From a bacterium (GTDB lineage Bacteria; Zhuqueibacterota; Zhuqueibacteria; Residuimicrobiales; Krinioviventaceae): a DNA stretch of 64,000 nt. The notes beneath the pieces are model-generated. The model worked only from the letters and a program-made list of their open reading frames with translations, was not told the DNA's origin and ran no database searches. Location of the stretch: the NCBI GenBank assembly GCA_963674595.2, contig CAXXFV010000023.1:608001-672000 (forward strand), read 5' to 3'. Of this stretch, positions 9,899 to 19,455 are shown one piece after another (position 1 is the first letter of the stretch; each line of letters opens with the position of its first letter). Both the position numbers and the translations under genes were made by a program.

Positions 9899-11359
9899 AT
9901 GGCATCATTAAAAAAGAATATCAGTTTTACCGGTATAAGTCAATTTTTATACGCAATATTGGCTTTTTTACTTATACCGTTTGTTGCCCGCTACCTGGGG
10001 CCGGAAGGATTAGGGCTCTATTCGCTGGCGGCGACAATCGGATTTTTTGTGTCGCTGGCAACAGATTGGGGACTTTCTACTTTACTGACCCGGGAGGTTG
10101 CTCAATATAAATCTTTGGCAGCACGGTTTTTTTCCTATTGCACGAGTATAAAATTTGTTCTCTCTCTGCTATCGTTTTTAATACTGTTAATTTACTTGTA
10201 CCTGGGAGATTTTGGGGACGTTGCCATACAGACGATATTGATTTTTACACTGGCTTCCATTATCAGTTCATTTTCGCAATTGGTATTTTCCGTGTTTCGT
10301 GCATTTGAAAAAATGCATTATGAAGCGTTGGCCGTGTTTATTGATAAATTTTTATCCGTTTTATTGGGTATTACATTTTTGGTGTTAGGATTCGGAATTC
10401 GGGTTTTTATAACTTCGTTTGTCATTGCTGCCATCATTAAATTTTTATATGCTGTTTATATTCTTTCAAAAAATTTCTTTCTCATCAAAGTCCGTTTCAA
10501 CCGAAAAAAATCGGTTGTTCTATTATCTGTTTCCATTACATTCGGTTTGTCTACCTTTTTGGCATTTTGTTATAATTATATAGACATTCTCATGTTAACT
10601 GAAATGACAAGTATGGAAGCGGTTGGACTTTATTCCGGCAGCTACAAGTTTTTAAATTTAACAAGTATGATTCCGGCCGTGCTGGCGACGGCATTTTTGC
10701 CACAGCTTTCCAGGTTTGCACAAAATCGTCAATTGCTCATGCAGACATTTTTTAAGGGGTGCCGTTATTTATGTTACATCGTCCTGCCGCTTGTTCCGGC
10801 AACGTTTTTACTTGCCGGCACCATTGTTTTTCTGGTTTTAGGTCCCGAATATGAAGGGTCTGTTGGGTCATTAAAAATTCTTGTTGTTGCTTCTATGGGG
10901 CAGATGTTTAATACATTTTTTGTGCCGCTTTATGCTGCCGTGAATATGCAAAAAAAAATCGTTTATTTTCAAATAGTTGGGTTATGCTTTAATGTCTTGT
11001 TAAATATAATCTTGATACCAAAATTCAGTTTTTATGGCGCAGCAATTGCAACTGTTTTAACAGAATGGTGTATTTTTATATTTATTTTAACACAGGCAAA
11101 AAAGAAAATTTTTACACCATCACCTGCGGTAAAAGAGTTTTGGACTTTTTTTTATCGTATTTTGATTGCCTCAATTGTTATGAGTATTGGTATACTTGTT
11201 ACGCAATCATTAAATTTTGAAAGTAAATATGTTATATGTATCGCATTTGTGTTGTATGCAGCCATACTGCAGCTATCAGGTGGATTGAATTTTTTTCAAC
11301 TTTATGCGCAACTCGTGGATTTTTTAAAAAGCAGAGAACATATTGACAAACAAAATTGA
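9899..11359 (+). CDS. wzx: Wzx-type flippase (RfbX-like)
   Basis: 'ARYLGPEG-GLY', 'D-GL---LTREVA', 'D--ML---...VGLY', 'N--LN-ILIP-F---GAA-AT--TE'. About 14 TM segments. Confidence 0.85.
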   Translation: MASLKKNISFTGISQFLYAILAFLLIPFVARYLGPEGLGLYSLAATIGFFVSLATDWGLSTLLTREVAQYKSLAARFFSYCTSIKFVLSLLSFLILLIYLYLGDFGDVAIQTILIFTLASIISSFSQLVFSVFRAFEKMHYEALAVFIDKFLSVLLGITFLVLGFGIRVFITSFVIAAIIKFLYAVYILSKNFFLIKVRFNRKKSVVLLSVSITFGLSTFLAFCYNYIDILMLTEMTSMEAVGLYSGSYKFLNLTSMIPAVLATAFLPQLSRFAQNRQLLMQTFFKGCRYLCYIVLPLVPATFLLAGTIVFLVLGPEYEGSVGSLKILVVASMGQMFNTFFVPLYAAVNMQKKIVYFQIVGLCFNVLLNIILIPKFSFYGAAIATVLTEWCIFIFILTQAKKKIFTPSPAVKEFWTFFYRILIASIVMSIGILVTQSLNFESKYVICIAFVLYAAILQLSGGLNFFQLYAQLVDFLKSREHIDKQN

Positions 11360-12113
11360 AAAGCTTCAGGAGTTTTATAAAAACGAAGAGGCATTAGTAA
11401 CATCACCATTTATTACACAATTTGGACAAGTAAACAGCGATCTTTTAGATAATGTATTTGCACAGTTGGAAATAGAAACCGGAAAAAACGTTGGGGACGT
11501 TGGTTGCGGTTCCGGCTTGTTGTCAACATATTTTAAAAAACATGAATACATTGGATTGGATATTGTTATACAATCTTCTGTTAGCAATATGAATGGCCGA
11601 CACTGTTCTTTTGTTCAGGGTGATGCACAAAAATTACCATTTGACAATAACAGTCTTGACCTGATAACATGTGTAGATAGTTTTGAGCACCACCCGGACC
11701 AAAATCGGGTTGTACGAGAATTTTACCGGGTTTTAAAAGAAAATGGCACTGTATTTTTGTCTGTTCCGACTTATGCCAATGTTGCCGGAATTGTGAAAAA
11801 GGTGATGGAAAAATGGGGCGGATATGAAAAAGATACATGGGCCCCGTTTGATTTTTGGAAACCGGAAGAGTTGGAACATTTTATAACACCTGGAAAAATT
11901 AAGAATGTTTTTTCCAGTGCAGGTTTTTCACAGTTTAAAATGATTGGTTTTGCAGATGAAGTTTCTGTCGGCATGTTTCCATGGATTTGGCACCCTAAAA
12001 TGCCGGGAAAACTGGAAAAATTAATTCGCTTGTTTTTTAAAGGAATAGCCAAGCCCCTTGTTAGGTTATGTCCTTATGCAAGTTTACATACATTCTGGAA
12101 AATACAAAAATAA
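11343..12113 (+). CDS. Class I SAM-dependent methyltransferase
   Basis: 'DVGCGSG', 'GDAQKLPF---S-D', 'FEH', 'RVLK-NG' motifs. TTG start. Confidence 0.85.
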   Translation: MTNKIEKLQEFYKNEEALVTSPFITQFGQVNSDLLDNVFAQLEIETGKNVGDVGCGSGLLSTYFKKHEYIGLDIVIQSSVSNMNGRHCSFVQGDAQKLPFDNNSLDLITCVDSFEHHPDQNRVVREFYRVLKENGTVFLSVPTYANVAGIVKKVMEKWGGYEKDTWAPFDFWKPEELEHFITPGKIKNVFSSAGFSQFKMIGFADEVSVGMFPWIWHPKMPGKLEKLIRLFFKGIAKPLVRLCPYASLHTFWKIQK

Positions 12114-12137
12114 TATGCGACTATTTGAGGATAGCTT

Positions 12138-14210
12138 ATGAAATTAATTTGGAAAATATTGGTTTTGAATATCATATTTATTGGGTTTGGATTTCAGGCC
12201 TTTGCACAGGACCGTTTTGAGCCGCCCTATCCACGTATTGGTATGCTTGATTTTGTCAGTGCTCGTAACGATTTTTCCAATGGATCTCGAAATGAATATA
12301 TTGCACAGTATGATATGCTTATAATCGATGCGATTGTTGAAAACGGCGGCCATCAACAGGGTGAGATTATGAGACAACTCAATCCGGACCAAATTCTTTT
12401 GGGAACGGCTGTAAATGGATTATGGTTATATGATCCTGTTGAGTATAACCTGACTCTGGCATATCGCGGTACGTTGCTACAGGATGTCGTTGCGGGACAA
12501 GGAACAATTTACCTGAGTAATACGGAAAATATGGAAGCAAATGGTGATATTTATATTACTGTAAATAATGATATTGTCAAAGCTTTTGGTGTTGTAAATG
12601 ACACAACGCTTTCCGTTGTTACCAATTCCATAGATCCCCTGGCCTTTAACACATCTCATGCTGCCGGAAGCGAGGTGTATTGTTTGGTACGTGTTTTAGG
12701 TGGCGGCTTGCAACCCAATTTCAGTTCCTTTGCTCCGCAGGTAGATGGAAGATATGTATGGGAATATCTTGCTAATAAAAATTTTAATTCCAAAATGAAC
12801 TGGACAGCCGGTATTTTTGATGGTTTTTTTCATGATTACTTTCATATTCATCCTGGAAATTATGAAAATAAAGATTTTGATTTAAACGCTGTAGCTGACT
12901 GGGGGGAACATGGTGAAACCTGGATGATAAATGAATGGCTCTATGGTACAGAGAAATTTTTGCACAGTGAACTGGATACGATGAACCTTAAAACACCGGA
13001 CCTTGCCAATTTGATGTGTGTAAATAATGGCGCCGGAATTGAAGAATATTTTGATCTTATTAATGGATGTATGATAGAAGGTTATCAACGTTTTTCCGAC
13101 TGGGAATATGTTCATGACGATTTGGTCGCGTGGATGCAAAATGGCAAAAAACCAAATATGTGTATTATTTATGATTATATCAAAGAAGATCATTTTTATA
13201 ACGGTCGGGAACGTTATACGCAACGACGGTTTGGCTTGACGCACTCTATGTTGACTGAATGTTATTATGGAATTACAGCCGGCAGTTTATATCAGTTGCT
13301 TTTATGGTATGATGAATTTGATGCAGATATGGGGTACCCTGTTGATGATCAAATTCATACTCTTTCCAACGGTTGTTTGGCGCGTCAGTTTACCAAGGGA
13401 ATTGCTATTTGTAATCCTACAGGACTTGAACAAACAGTCACCTCCGGTATGCTTGCTGCCATGCCTTCCCCTACAGGCAATTTATATAGAATGAAAGGTG
13501 GTCAGGACCCTGATTTTAATACCGGTGAACTATTTGATGATGTAGCATTATCCGGTATTGATTACGGCAGCCACAATTTACGAGGTGATGGAATTTTACT
13601 TTTTTACGATTCGACCACGGTTGTGGCAGATATTGTTGTTGATAATTTTAGATACAATGCGACCTCGCCGGGTTCAGAGCCGGTGGTTTTGGAAGGCTAT
13701 TGGGTTAAGAACTCTTCTGACGGTTACACAGACATGACCCAGAATAATCCTTACTATTGTCAATGGGGAAGCGAACGGACATGGTCTGTGGCAACCTATA
13801 CTTTTAATGAAGCCTATGGATACCATGCTACCTATCCCGGTAATGGCGACACAACAGCAACCTGGGTACCTACAATCGGTGTACCGGGCTGGTATGAAGT
13901 CAGTGAATGGCATGGCTGGCATGGAAATACAGCCGGGGCTTATGCAGAGGCAACAAATGTTCCGTTTCAAATTGTTGTAAACAATGACACAAAGATCCAT
14001 GGGATTATTAATCAGCAGGCAAATGCCGGTCAATGGAACCGGTTAGGTTTTGCATATATGCCCAAGGGAACCAACAGCTTTGTCCGTATTAATAACAAGG
14101 CAAATGGTTATGTTATTGCTGACGCGATGCGGTTCCGTTTTATGGGTGACGATTATGTCCCGGATCTGACGCCTCCGGAAAAGCCCCAAAATGTTCAGAT
14201 TGTTAAATAG
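12138..14210 (+). CDS. Secreted putative glycoside hydrolase (TIM-barrel-like) with C-terminal golvesin/CBM-like domain
   Basis: Signal peptide (AFA/Q). 'FDGFF-D', 'ING-MIEG', 'WYDEFD-D-G-P', 'R-F-KG----NP' resemble the hypothetical GHL15-type family. C-terminal 'G-Y-V-EW...NQQ-N-GQW--LG...VIADA-RF' is golvesin-like. Confidence 0.6.
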   Translation: MKLIWKILVLNIIFIGFGFQAFAQDRFEPPYPRIGMLDFVSARNDFSNGSRNEYIAQYDMLIIDAIVENGGHQQGEIMRQLNPDQILLGTAVNGLWLYDPVEYNLTLAYRGTLLQDVVAGQGTIYLSNTENMEANGDIYITVNNDIVKAFGVVNDTTLSVVTNSIDPLAFNTSHAAGSEVYCLVRVLGGGLQPNFSSFAPQVDGRYVWEYLANKNFNSKMNWTAGIFDGFFHDYFHIHPGNYENKDFDLNAVADWGEHGETWMINEWLYGTEKFLHSELDTMNLKTPDLANLMCVNNGAGIEEYFDLINGCMIEGYQRFSDWEYVHDDLVAWMQNGKKPNMCIIYDYIKEDHFYNGRERYTQRRFGLTHSMLTECYYGITAGSLYQLLLWYDEFDADMGYPVDDQIHTLSNGCLARQFTKGIAICNPTGLEQTVTSGMLAAMPSPTGNLYRMKGGQDPDFNTGELFDDVALSGIDYGSHNLRGDGILLFYDSTTVVADIVVDNFRYNATSPGSEPVVLEGYWVKNSSDGYTDMTQNNPYYCQWGSERTWSVATYTFNEAYGYHATYPGNGDTTATWVPTIGVPGWYEVSEWHGWHGNTAGAYAEATNVPFQIVVNNDTKIHGIINQQANAGQWNRLGFAYMPKGTNSFVRINNKANGYVIADAMRFRFMGDDYVPDLTPPEKPQNVQIVK

Positions 14211-14470
14211 TTGCCTTTGGGGGATATTGTTTTTTTGATTTAATATTTATTTACATAATCCTTGGGGGATTTTTATCTTTTTCTGTTCCCATGTTTAACA
14301 ACAGATTCGTCTTTTTAATCTTTTCCTGCCACAAGTATCTTGTTTTTTAATTCAAATATCCTTAATTTTTTAACCATATTTTTTTTCTGCATATTGGCTT
14401 GTGCAGCAATATATTTAAGTGGTAATATAAAGCTCAGGCTTTTTCATTTCTATTAGAATCTGGAGTCTTT

Positions 14471-16576
14471 ATGGCTGAAAATAAAATCAAACCATCTTTT
14501 TTGGTCCTTTCCGGTTTGACTGCCTTTCTTGTGTTTTGGTTGATTGAAGCTGTTTTTTATCAATTATTCTCACCAAAATACAGTTATTTTTATCTCTTTT
14601 CTCTGATCTTGTATATAGTTGGTTTTATTGTTTTAGGTGGTCTGGCTATATTATGTTTTAAAATTTGTTCTTCCCGTTTTGACAGTGAAAAAATTAGATA
14701 TATATTTCCCTATATTTTTGTGTATATGCCGGTTTTAATTTATGGCTTTTTTCAAATTGTTATGATTTTCAAGTGGCCGTTATTACACTTTTATTCGATT
14801 ATATTGTTTTTAATTATTGCATTACTTTTTGTATTGGTTGCTCTACTTTCAGTCCGGACATTGATTAAGTCAGATAAATTTACAAGAGGATTATTCTATT
14901 CGTTGGCGATTATTCTTCCGTTTATTGTCATATTCAGTAACTTTTCTGTTGTTGGGGAAATTTTATATGATTTTACAATGCTGAAATTTGGACTGGCAGT
15001 TTTCTTTTTTATTTTTATGCCGCTTTTTTCAATGTATTTATGCAGCTTTATGGTCAAGGCGTGGCCGGAGCGAAAGGCCGTTTTCCTTGGAGGTTATTTT
15101 TTCATTTTTCTCCTTTTTGTGTCAAGTCTGTGGGGCGGACAAGTTTTAAGGGACAAATATATTTACCGTTATTCCGGGCAAAATATTTTGCAAAATAAAA
15201 CCGATGAATCCATGCCCAATGTTATTTTCATTGTAATGGATACGGCCCGGCGGGACCGTTTCAGTTGTTATGGATATGACCGGAAGACAGAAAATTTTGA
15301 TCAATTTGCTTCCGAGGGAGTTTTATTTACGAATGTAATTTCCACCGCTCCCTGGACACTCCCTTCACATGCCGCCATGTTTACGGGATTTCCATCCTAT
15401 GTACATAACGCCACCCATTCAAATCCTCAAACCGGCCAGGCAAATTATCTAAGTGACGGTTTTACAACCTTGGCTGAGGTGCTGAAAAATAATGGCTATA
15501 GAACAGGTGCTGTTGTTTCCAATACTGCTTTTTTGGCGCCCTGGTCCGGGCTTAATCAGGGTTTCGGGTATTACAGATGTTCGCAGGCATTGGGCGTTTC
15601 TTCTTTTGCTAATATTATTGCTTTAAAATTTAGTCTGATGGAGTACAAAAAATTTCTTTGGAAAACCGGAATTAACGACATTAACGACGCAAATTATATA
15701 AATACCCGAGCACAAAATTGGATAGCTAAAACCAGAAAAACTAAACCCTTTTTCCTGTTTTTGAATTACATGGAACCGCATGGGTTTTATTATTTGCCCA
15801 AGCCTTTTTCATCTCAATATACAACACCATTAAAAGATGAATTGTATAAAAAATATGATTCGTCCTGTAAAATTGAGCTTCCGCAAAACGTGGCACAAAA
15901 ATATTCTGACTGGTATGATAACCAGATTGCTGTTTTGGATGTTGAGTTGGGAAATTTTCTGTCCTATTTAAAGGAAAATGATTTATACGATAACAGTCTT
16001 ATTATCATGACGTCCGATCATGGTCATTTGATGGGTGAGCATGAATATTTCGGACATGATTATTTTCTCTATGAAGAGCTGCTTCGTGTGCCCATGGCTG
16101 TAAAATATCCAAAGGGTACTGTGGTCAATTTGGATGCTGACAAGACGATACAAAATTTTGATATTTACGCAGAAATTTTATCCTTTTTAAACCTGGAACA
16201 TCCGCCTGTTATCAGTCAGCCCTTTGCTTCTGTTTCACATCCTATTTTTGCCGAAGTACGGCAAAATCCACGCGGTAAATTTTGTCCGCAAAGATTTGGA
16301 AAGGACCTGGCCGGTCTTTATGGCGGAGATGACCAATCTATGAAAATCATTTCCGGAACAGACGGTTCAAACGAGTTATACGATGTAAAAACAGATCCTT
16401 TGGAGCAAAATAATCTCATTGGTCCGGATACTGACCAGGAACCGCTTTTAATTCACTTGGAAAAATATTATGAAGAATTGGGGCCTTTGCGCGCTCTGTA
16501 TCTTGATAACAGTGCCCGAAAAAATTTAAAACAGTCGGAAATTGATCGGCTTCGTGCTTTGGGATATATAAAATAA
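14471..16576 (+). CDS. Membrane-anchored sulfatase/alkaline-phosphatase-superfamily enzyme (Thr-type)
   Basis: About 7 N-terminal TM segments, then 'PNVIFIVMDT-R-D', 'PWTLPSH-AMFTG', 'PFFLFLNYME-H', 'SDHG', 'LR-LGYI'. Confidence 0.85.
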   Translation: MAENKIKPSFLVLSGLTAFLVFWLIEAVFYQLFSPKYSYFYLFSLILYIVGFIVLGGLAILCFKICSSRFDSEKIRYIFPYIFVYMPVLIYGFFQIVMIFKWPLLHFYSIILFLIIALLFVLVALLSVRTLIKSDKFTRGLFYSLAIILPFIVIFSNFSVVGEILYDFTMLKFGLAVFFFIFMPLFSMYLCSFMVKAWPERKAVFLGGYFFIFLLFVSSLWGGQVLRDKYIYRYSGQNILQNKTDESMPNVIFIVMDTARRDRFSCYGYDRKTENFDQFASEGVLFTNVISTAPWTLPSHAAMFTGFPSYVHNATHSNPQTGQANYLSDGFTTLAEVLKNNGYRTGAVVSNTAFLAPWSGLNQGFGYYRCSQALGVSSFANIIALKFSLMEYKKFLWKTGINDINDANYINTRAQNWIAKTRKTKPFFLFLNYMEPHGFYYLPKPFSSQYTTPLKDELYKKYDSSCKIELPQNVAQKYSDWYDNQIAVLDVELGNFLSYLKENDLYDNSLIIMTSDHGHLMGEHEYFGHDYFLYEELLRVPMAVKYPKGTVVNLDADKTIQNFDIYAEILSFLNLEHPPVISQPFASVSHPIFAEVRQNPRGKFCPQRFGKDLAGLYGGDDQSMKIISGTDGSNELYDVKTDPLEQNNLIGPDTDQEPLLIHLEKYYEELGPLRALYLDNSARKNLKQSEIDRLRALGYIK

Positions 16577-16585
16577 AGTAAAAAT

Positions 16586-18223
16586 ATGAATAATAAAAAG
16601 ATGTTAAATACCGGCAAATCCGTATTTTCAATTGAAAATATGGTTCTCGCAGTACTTTTGGTTTTGGCCGTAATAATCCGTTTGAAAGGGATCACTTTTG
16701 GTTTCCCGCTTATTGTTCACCCGGATGAACCGACTATTGTTAATATTGCCAAAAACATCATTATAAATAAAGACCTGAATCCTCACTTTTTTAACTACCC
16801 TTCGCTTTTTATATACCTACAGGCTTTTCTTTATGTCATTATTTTTGGGCTTTTAAAAGTTTTTGGAACTGTGCAGCATTTTTCTGATATTGATCCGCTT
16901 GGTTTTTATTTATGGGGCAGAGTGCTGGCGGTTCTATTGGCAATGTCTACGATTTTTATCATGTTCAAAATCGGCAAATTATTGTTCGATCGAATCACGG
17001 CTTTGTTTGCCGTGTTGTTTCTTGGCGTTTCTGTTTTGCATATATCCAACTCTTTTATGATTACGGTTGATTCGCCGTTGGCTTTTTGGGCCATGCTGGC
17101 CATTTTTATGTCCATATTGATTTATAAAAATGGGCCGCAAAAGAAATATTACATTTTGAACGGACTATTTATCGGATTTGCTATAAGTACAAAATATACC
17201 GGATTTTGGGTTGCATTGTCGCTGCTTGCCGCTCATTTTTTGGCTTTTCAAAAGAGTGAAAAAATAAACTGGAATTTAAAATTTATATTTGATAAATATT
17301 TTATCATTGCAGTCGTATTAATCCCCATTGGATTTTTGTTAACTACACCTTTTGCCTTGCTGGATTTTAAAACTTTTATCAGGGATTTTTTGTTTGAGGC
17401 ATCCCATTATCGTGCCGGTCATCCCGGATTGGAAAGTGAAAAATTCAGCTATATTTTTTACATCACCAGGCTGTCACAATATTTTGGAACCATTCCTTTG
17501 TTATTGTCTTTTTTCGGGACTGTTTGGTTATTGATAAAAAATAAAAAACATTTTTTAGTATTGGCGCTTTTTCCATTGATCTATTTTATGTTTTTAGGCT
17601 CATACAAGGTAAGATTTGAACGGAACATGGTTGTTCTTTTGCCCTTTTTGGCGCTTATGGCCGGTTATACCTGTTCGAATTTATACGCTGCTTTAAAAAA
17701 ATATTTACCCAATTTAAATTTAAAATTTTTAAACATTATTGCGGCTGTGATATTTATTGCCCTGTTATCACATCCTGTTTATGAACAGGCACGAAAAGCT
17801 GTCAGGCATGTACGGTTGATTAATTTGCCGGATACGCAGGTGTTTGCAAAAAAATGGATCGAAGCACACATTCCCAAAGAAGCGCTGGTCGGGCAGGAGC
17901 ATTATACCCCGCCTTTGGACTCGACCAAAATTCATGCAGAATACCTGGGCATTTGCGGCATAATTCGACAACCGATTGATAAATATGATTTTTTGATTAC
18001 CAGTAGTTTAAATTACAAACGTTTCTTTAAGAATGAAGAGCAGTTCGCCAAAGAAGCCGGCTTGTATAATGATATCTTTGAGTCACATATTTTACTCAAG
18101 GAATTTGTTCCTGATAAAATACATTCAACCGGAGCGGTTGTAAGAATTTACAAAACAACCTGGTCAAAGATTGATACTCTGAATGCCGTTATTCCCCTTC
18201 AGAAGACAGGGGGAACGAATTAA
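16586..18223 (+). CDS. GT-C membrane glycosyltransferase (PMT/ArnT-like)
   Basis: 'IRL-GI-FG-P---HPDE', 'NPHFFNYPSL', 'S----VD', 'TKY', 'TPFALLD'. Paralog of 2911-4581. Confidence 0.8.
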   Translation: MNNKKMLNTGKSVFSIENMVLAVLLVLAVIIRLKGITFGFPLIVHPDEPTIVNIAKNIIINKDLNPHFFNYPSLFIYLQAFLYVIIFGLLKVFGTVQHFSDIDPLGFYLWGRVLAVLLAMSTIFIMFKIGKLLFDRITALFAVLFLGVSVLHISNSFMITVDSPLAFWAMLAIFMSILIYKNGPQKKYYILNGLFIGFAISTKYTGFWVALSLLAAHFLAFQKSEKINWNLKFIFDKYFIIAVVLIPIGFLLTTPFALLDFKTFIRDFLFEASHYRAGHPGLESEKFSYIFYITRLSQYFGTIPLLLSFFGTVWLLIKNKKHFLVLALFPLIYFMFLGSYKVRFERNMVVLLPFLALMAGYTCSNLYAALKKYLPNLNLKFLNIIAAVIFIALLSHPVYEQARKAVRHVRLINLPDTQVFAKKWIEAHIPKEALVGQEHYTPPLDSTKIHAEYLGICGIIRQPIDKYDFLITSSLNYKRFFKNEEQFAKEAGLYNDIFESHILLKEFVPDKIHSTGAVVRIYKTTWSKIDTLNAVIPLQKTGGTN

Positions 18224-19439
18224 AGATTCTGATAAAAAACTGCGGATTGCTTATTTTAATTATATGCAGGATTTATACGGCAGTTCAATTGGTTCAACAA
18301 TAAAAGCAAAAGAACTGCTGACTCACCTAGAGTTACTGGGTCATTCGGTTTTTTATTATTGGCGCTATGAAAATCAAAACCATACCGGTAGTGTTGACAA
18401 CCGGTCCGATACGGTTTCTTTTTGGAAAAAATCTGCTTTTCGTCGATTATTGTTTACACCCAAAGAATTGTTGAAAAACCTGGTGGAGCTTTTCAGAGAA
18501 GCCCGGTTTATAAAACAAAATAAACCGGATATTATTATTTTTCGCCTGGACGCCTATCGCTATTCTTTGGTTTTGCTTTCGAAAATATTAAAAATTCCTT
18601 TGCTGGTTGAAGCGGATGGCGCCATGTCCTATGAATGGCTCACCTACAGCAACAAGGATGGAATCATCTGGAAATCAGTTATTTTGTTTGTTGAAAACTT
18701 TTGTTTAAAGTCCGGCCGGAAAATTTTTGTTCAGTCTAATACAAGCAAACAATATTACCTTGATAAACATCATCTGCCATCTGAAAAGATAGCTGTTGTT
18801 ACCAATGCGGCCCGAATTGAAAAAGAAAACACGCACCCGGAGTTATTGAGGGGGAAACTGGATATTCCATCAGATTCTGTCGTGATTGGATTCATGGGTT
18901 CTTTTCATTTCTGGCATGGTGTTAGTTTGCAAACCGTTCTTGTTGAACATGTGATGAAAAATTATGATCATGTGTATTTCTTGTTCATCGGCAGCGGCGG
19001 CCCTGTTGTTCAGCAGCTTCGAAATACTGTGAAAGAAAATGGCTGGTCCTCAAAAGTCAAATTTATTGATTTTGTTCCGCATGATGAACTTTATAAATAT
19101 GTTGATGTTTTTGATATTGCTTTGGCGCCCTATAGTGACAAAAATCTGTTCTATTATTCTCCTGTCAAACTTTTTGAGTACATGGTCCGTGCAAAACCCG
19201 TGTTGACTGTTAAAGTCGGTCAGATTGCTGAAATTATTAGCGATGGGCAGAACGGACTGTTTTTTAATCCGAATGATATAGAGGATTTGTATTCAAAGAT
19301 TGATAGGTTGATTAGCGATCCTGACCTTAGAGTGCGAATGGGAAATGAAGCTCAAAAAGTCATTAAAAAAGATCATACCTGGCCCCATAAAGCGGCACAG
19401 TTGCAAAAAATTTGTTATGAAATGTTAAATAATCACTAG
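18183..19439 (+). CDS. GT4 glycosyltransferase
   Basis: 'GF-GSF--WHG', 'DIALAPY', 'SP-KLFEYM' and 'TW---A' motifs. The true start may be ATT at 18219 (see findings). Confidence 0.85.
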   Translation: MPLFPFRRQGERIKDSDKKLRIAYFNYMQDLYGSSIGSTIKAKELLTHLELLGHSVFYYWRYENQNHTGSVDNRSDTVSFWKKSAFRRLLFTPKELLKNLVELFREARFIKQNKPDIIIFRLDAYRYSLVLLSKILKIPLLVEADGAMSYEWLTYSNKDGIIWKSVILFVENFCLKSGRKIFVQSNTSKQYYLDKHHLPSEKIAVVTNAARIEKENTHPELLRGKLDIPSDSVVIGFMGSFHFWHGVSLQTVLVEHVMKNYDHVYFLFIGSGGPVVQQLRNTVKENGWSSKVKFIDFVPHDELYKYVDVFDIALAPYSDKNLFYYSPVKLFEYMVRAKPVLTVKVGQIAEIISDGQNGLFFNPNDIEDLYSKIDRLISDPDLRVRMGNEAQKVIKKDHTWPHKAAQLQKICYEMLNNH

Positions 19440-19455
19440 TTTTACTGGAATTATT

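Noticed and set aside
14181-14275. Repeated CCTT(T)GGGGGAT motif and CCCCAAA/TTTGGGG pairing after gene 12138-14210
   Set aside because: Only two short copies with weak stems. At most a weak terminator; not a CRISPR or REP array.
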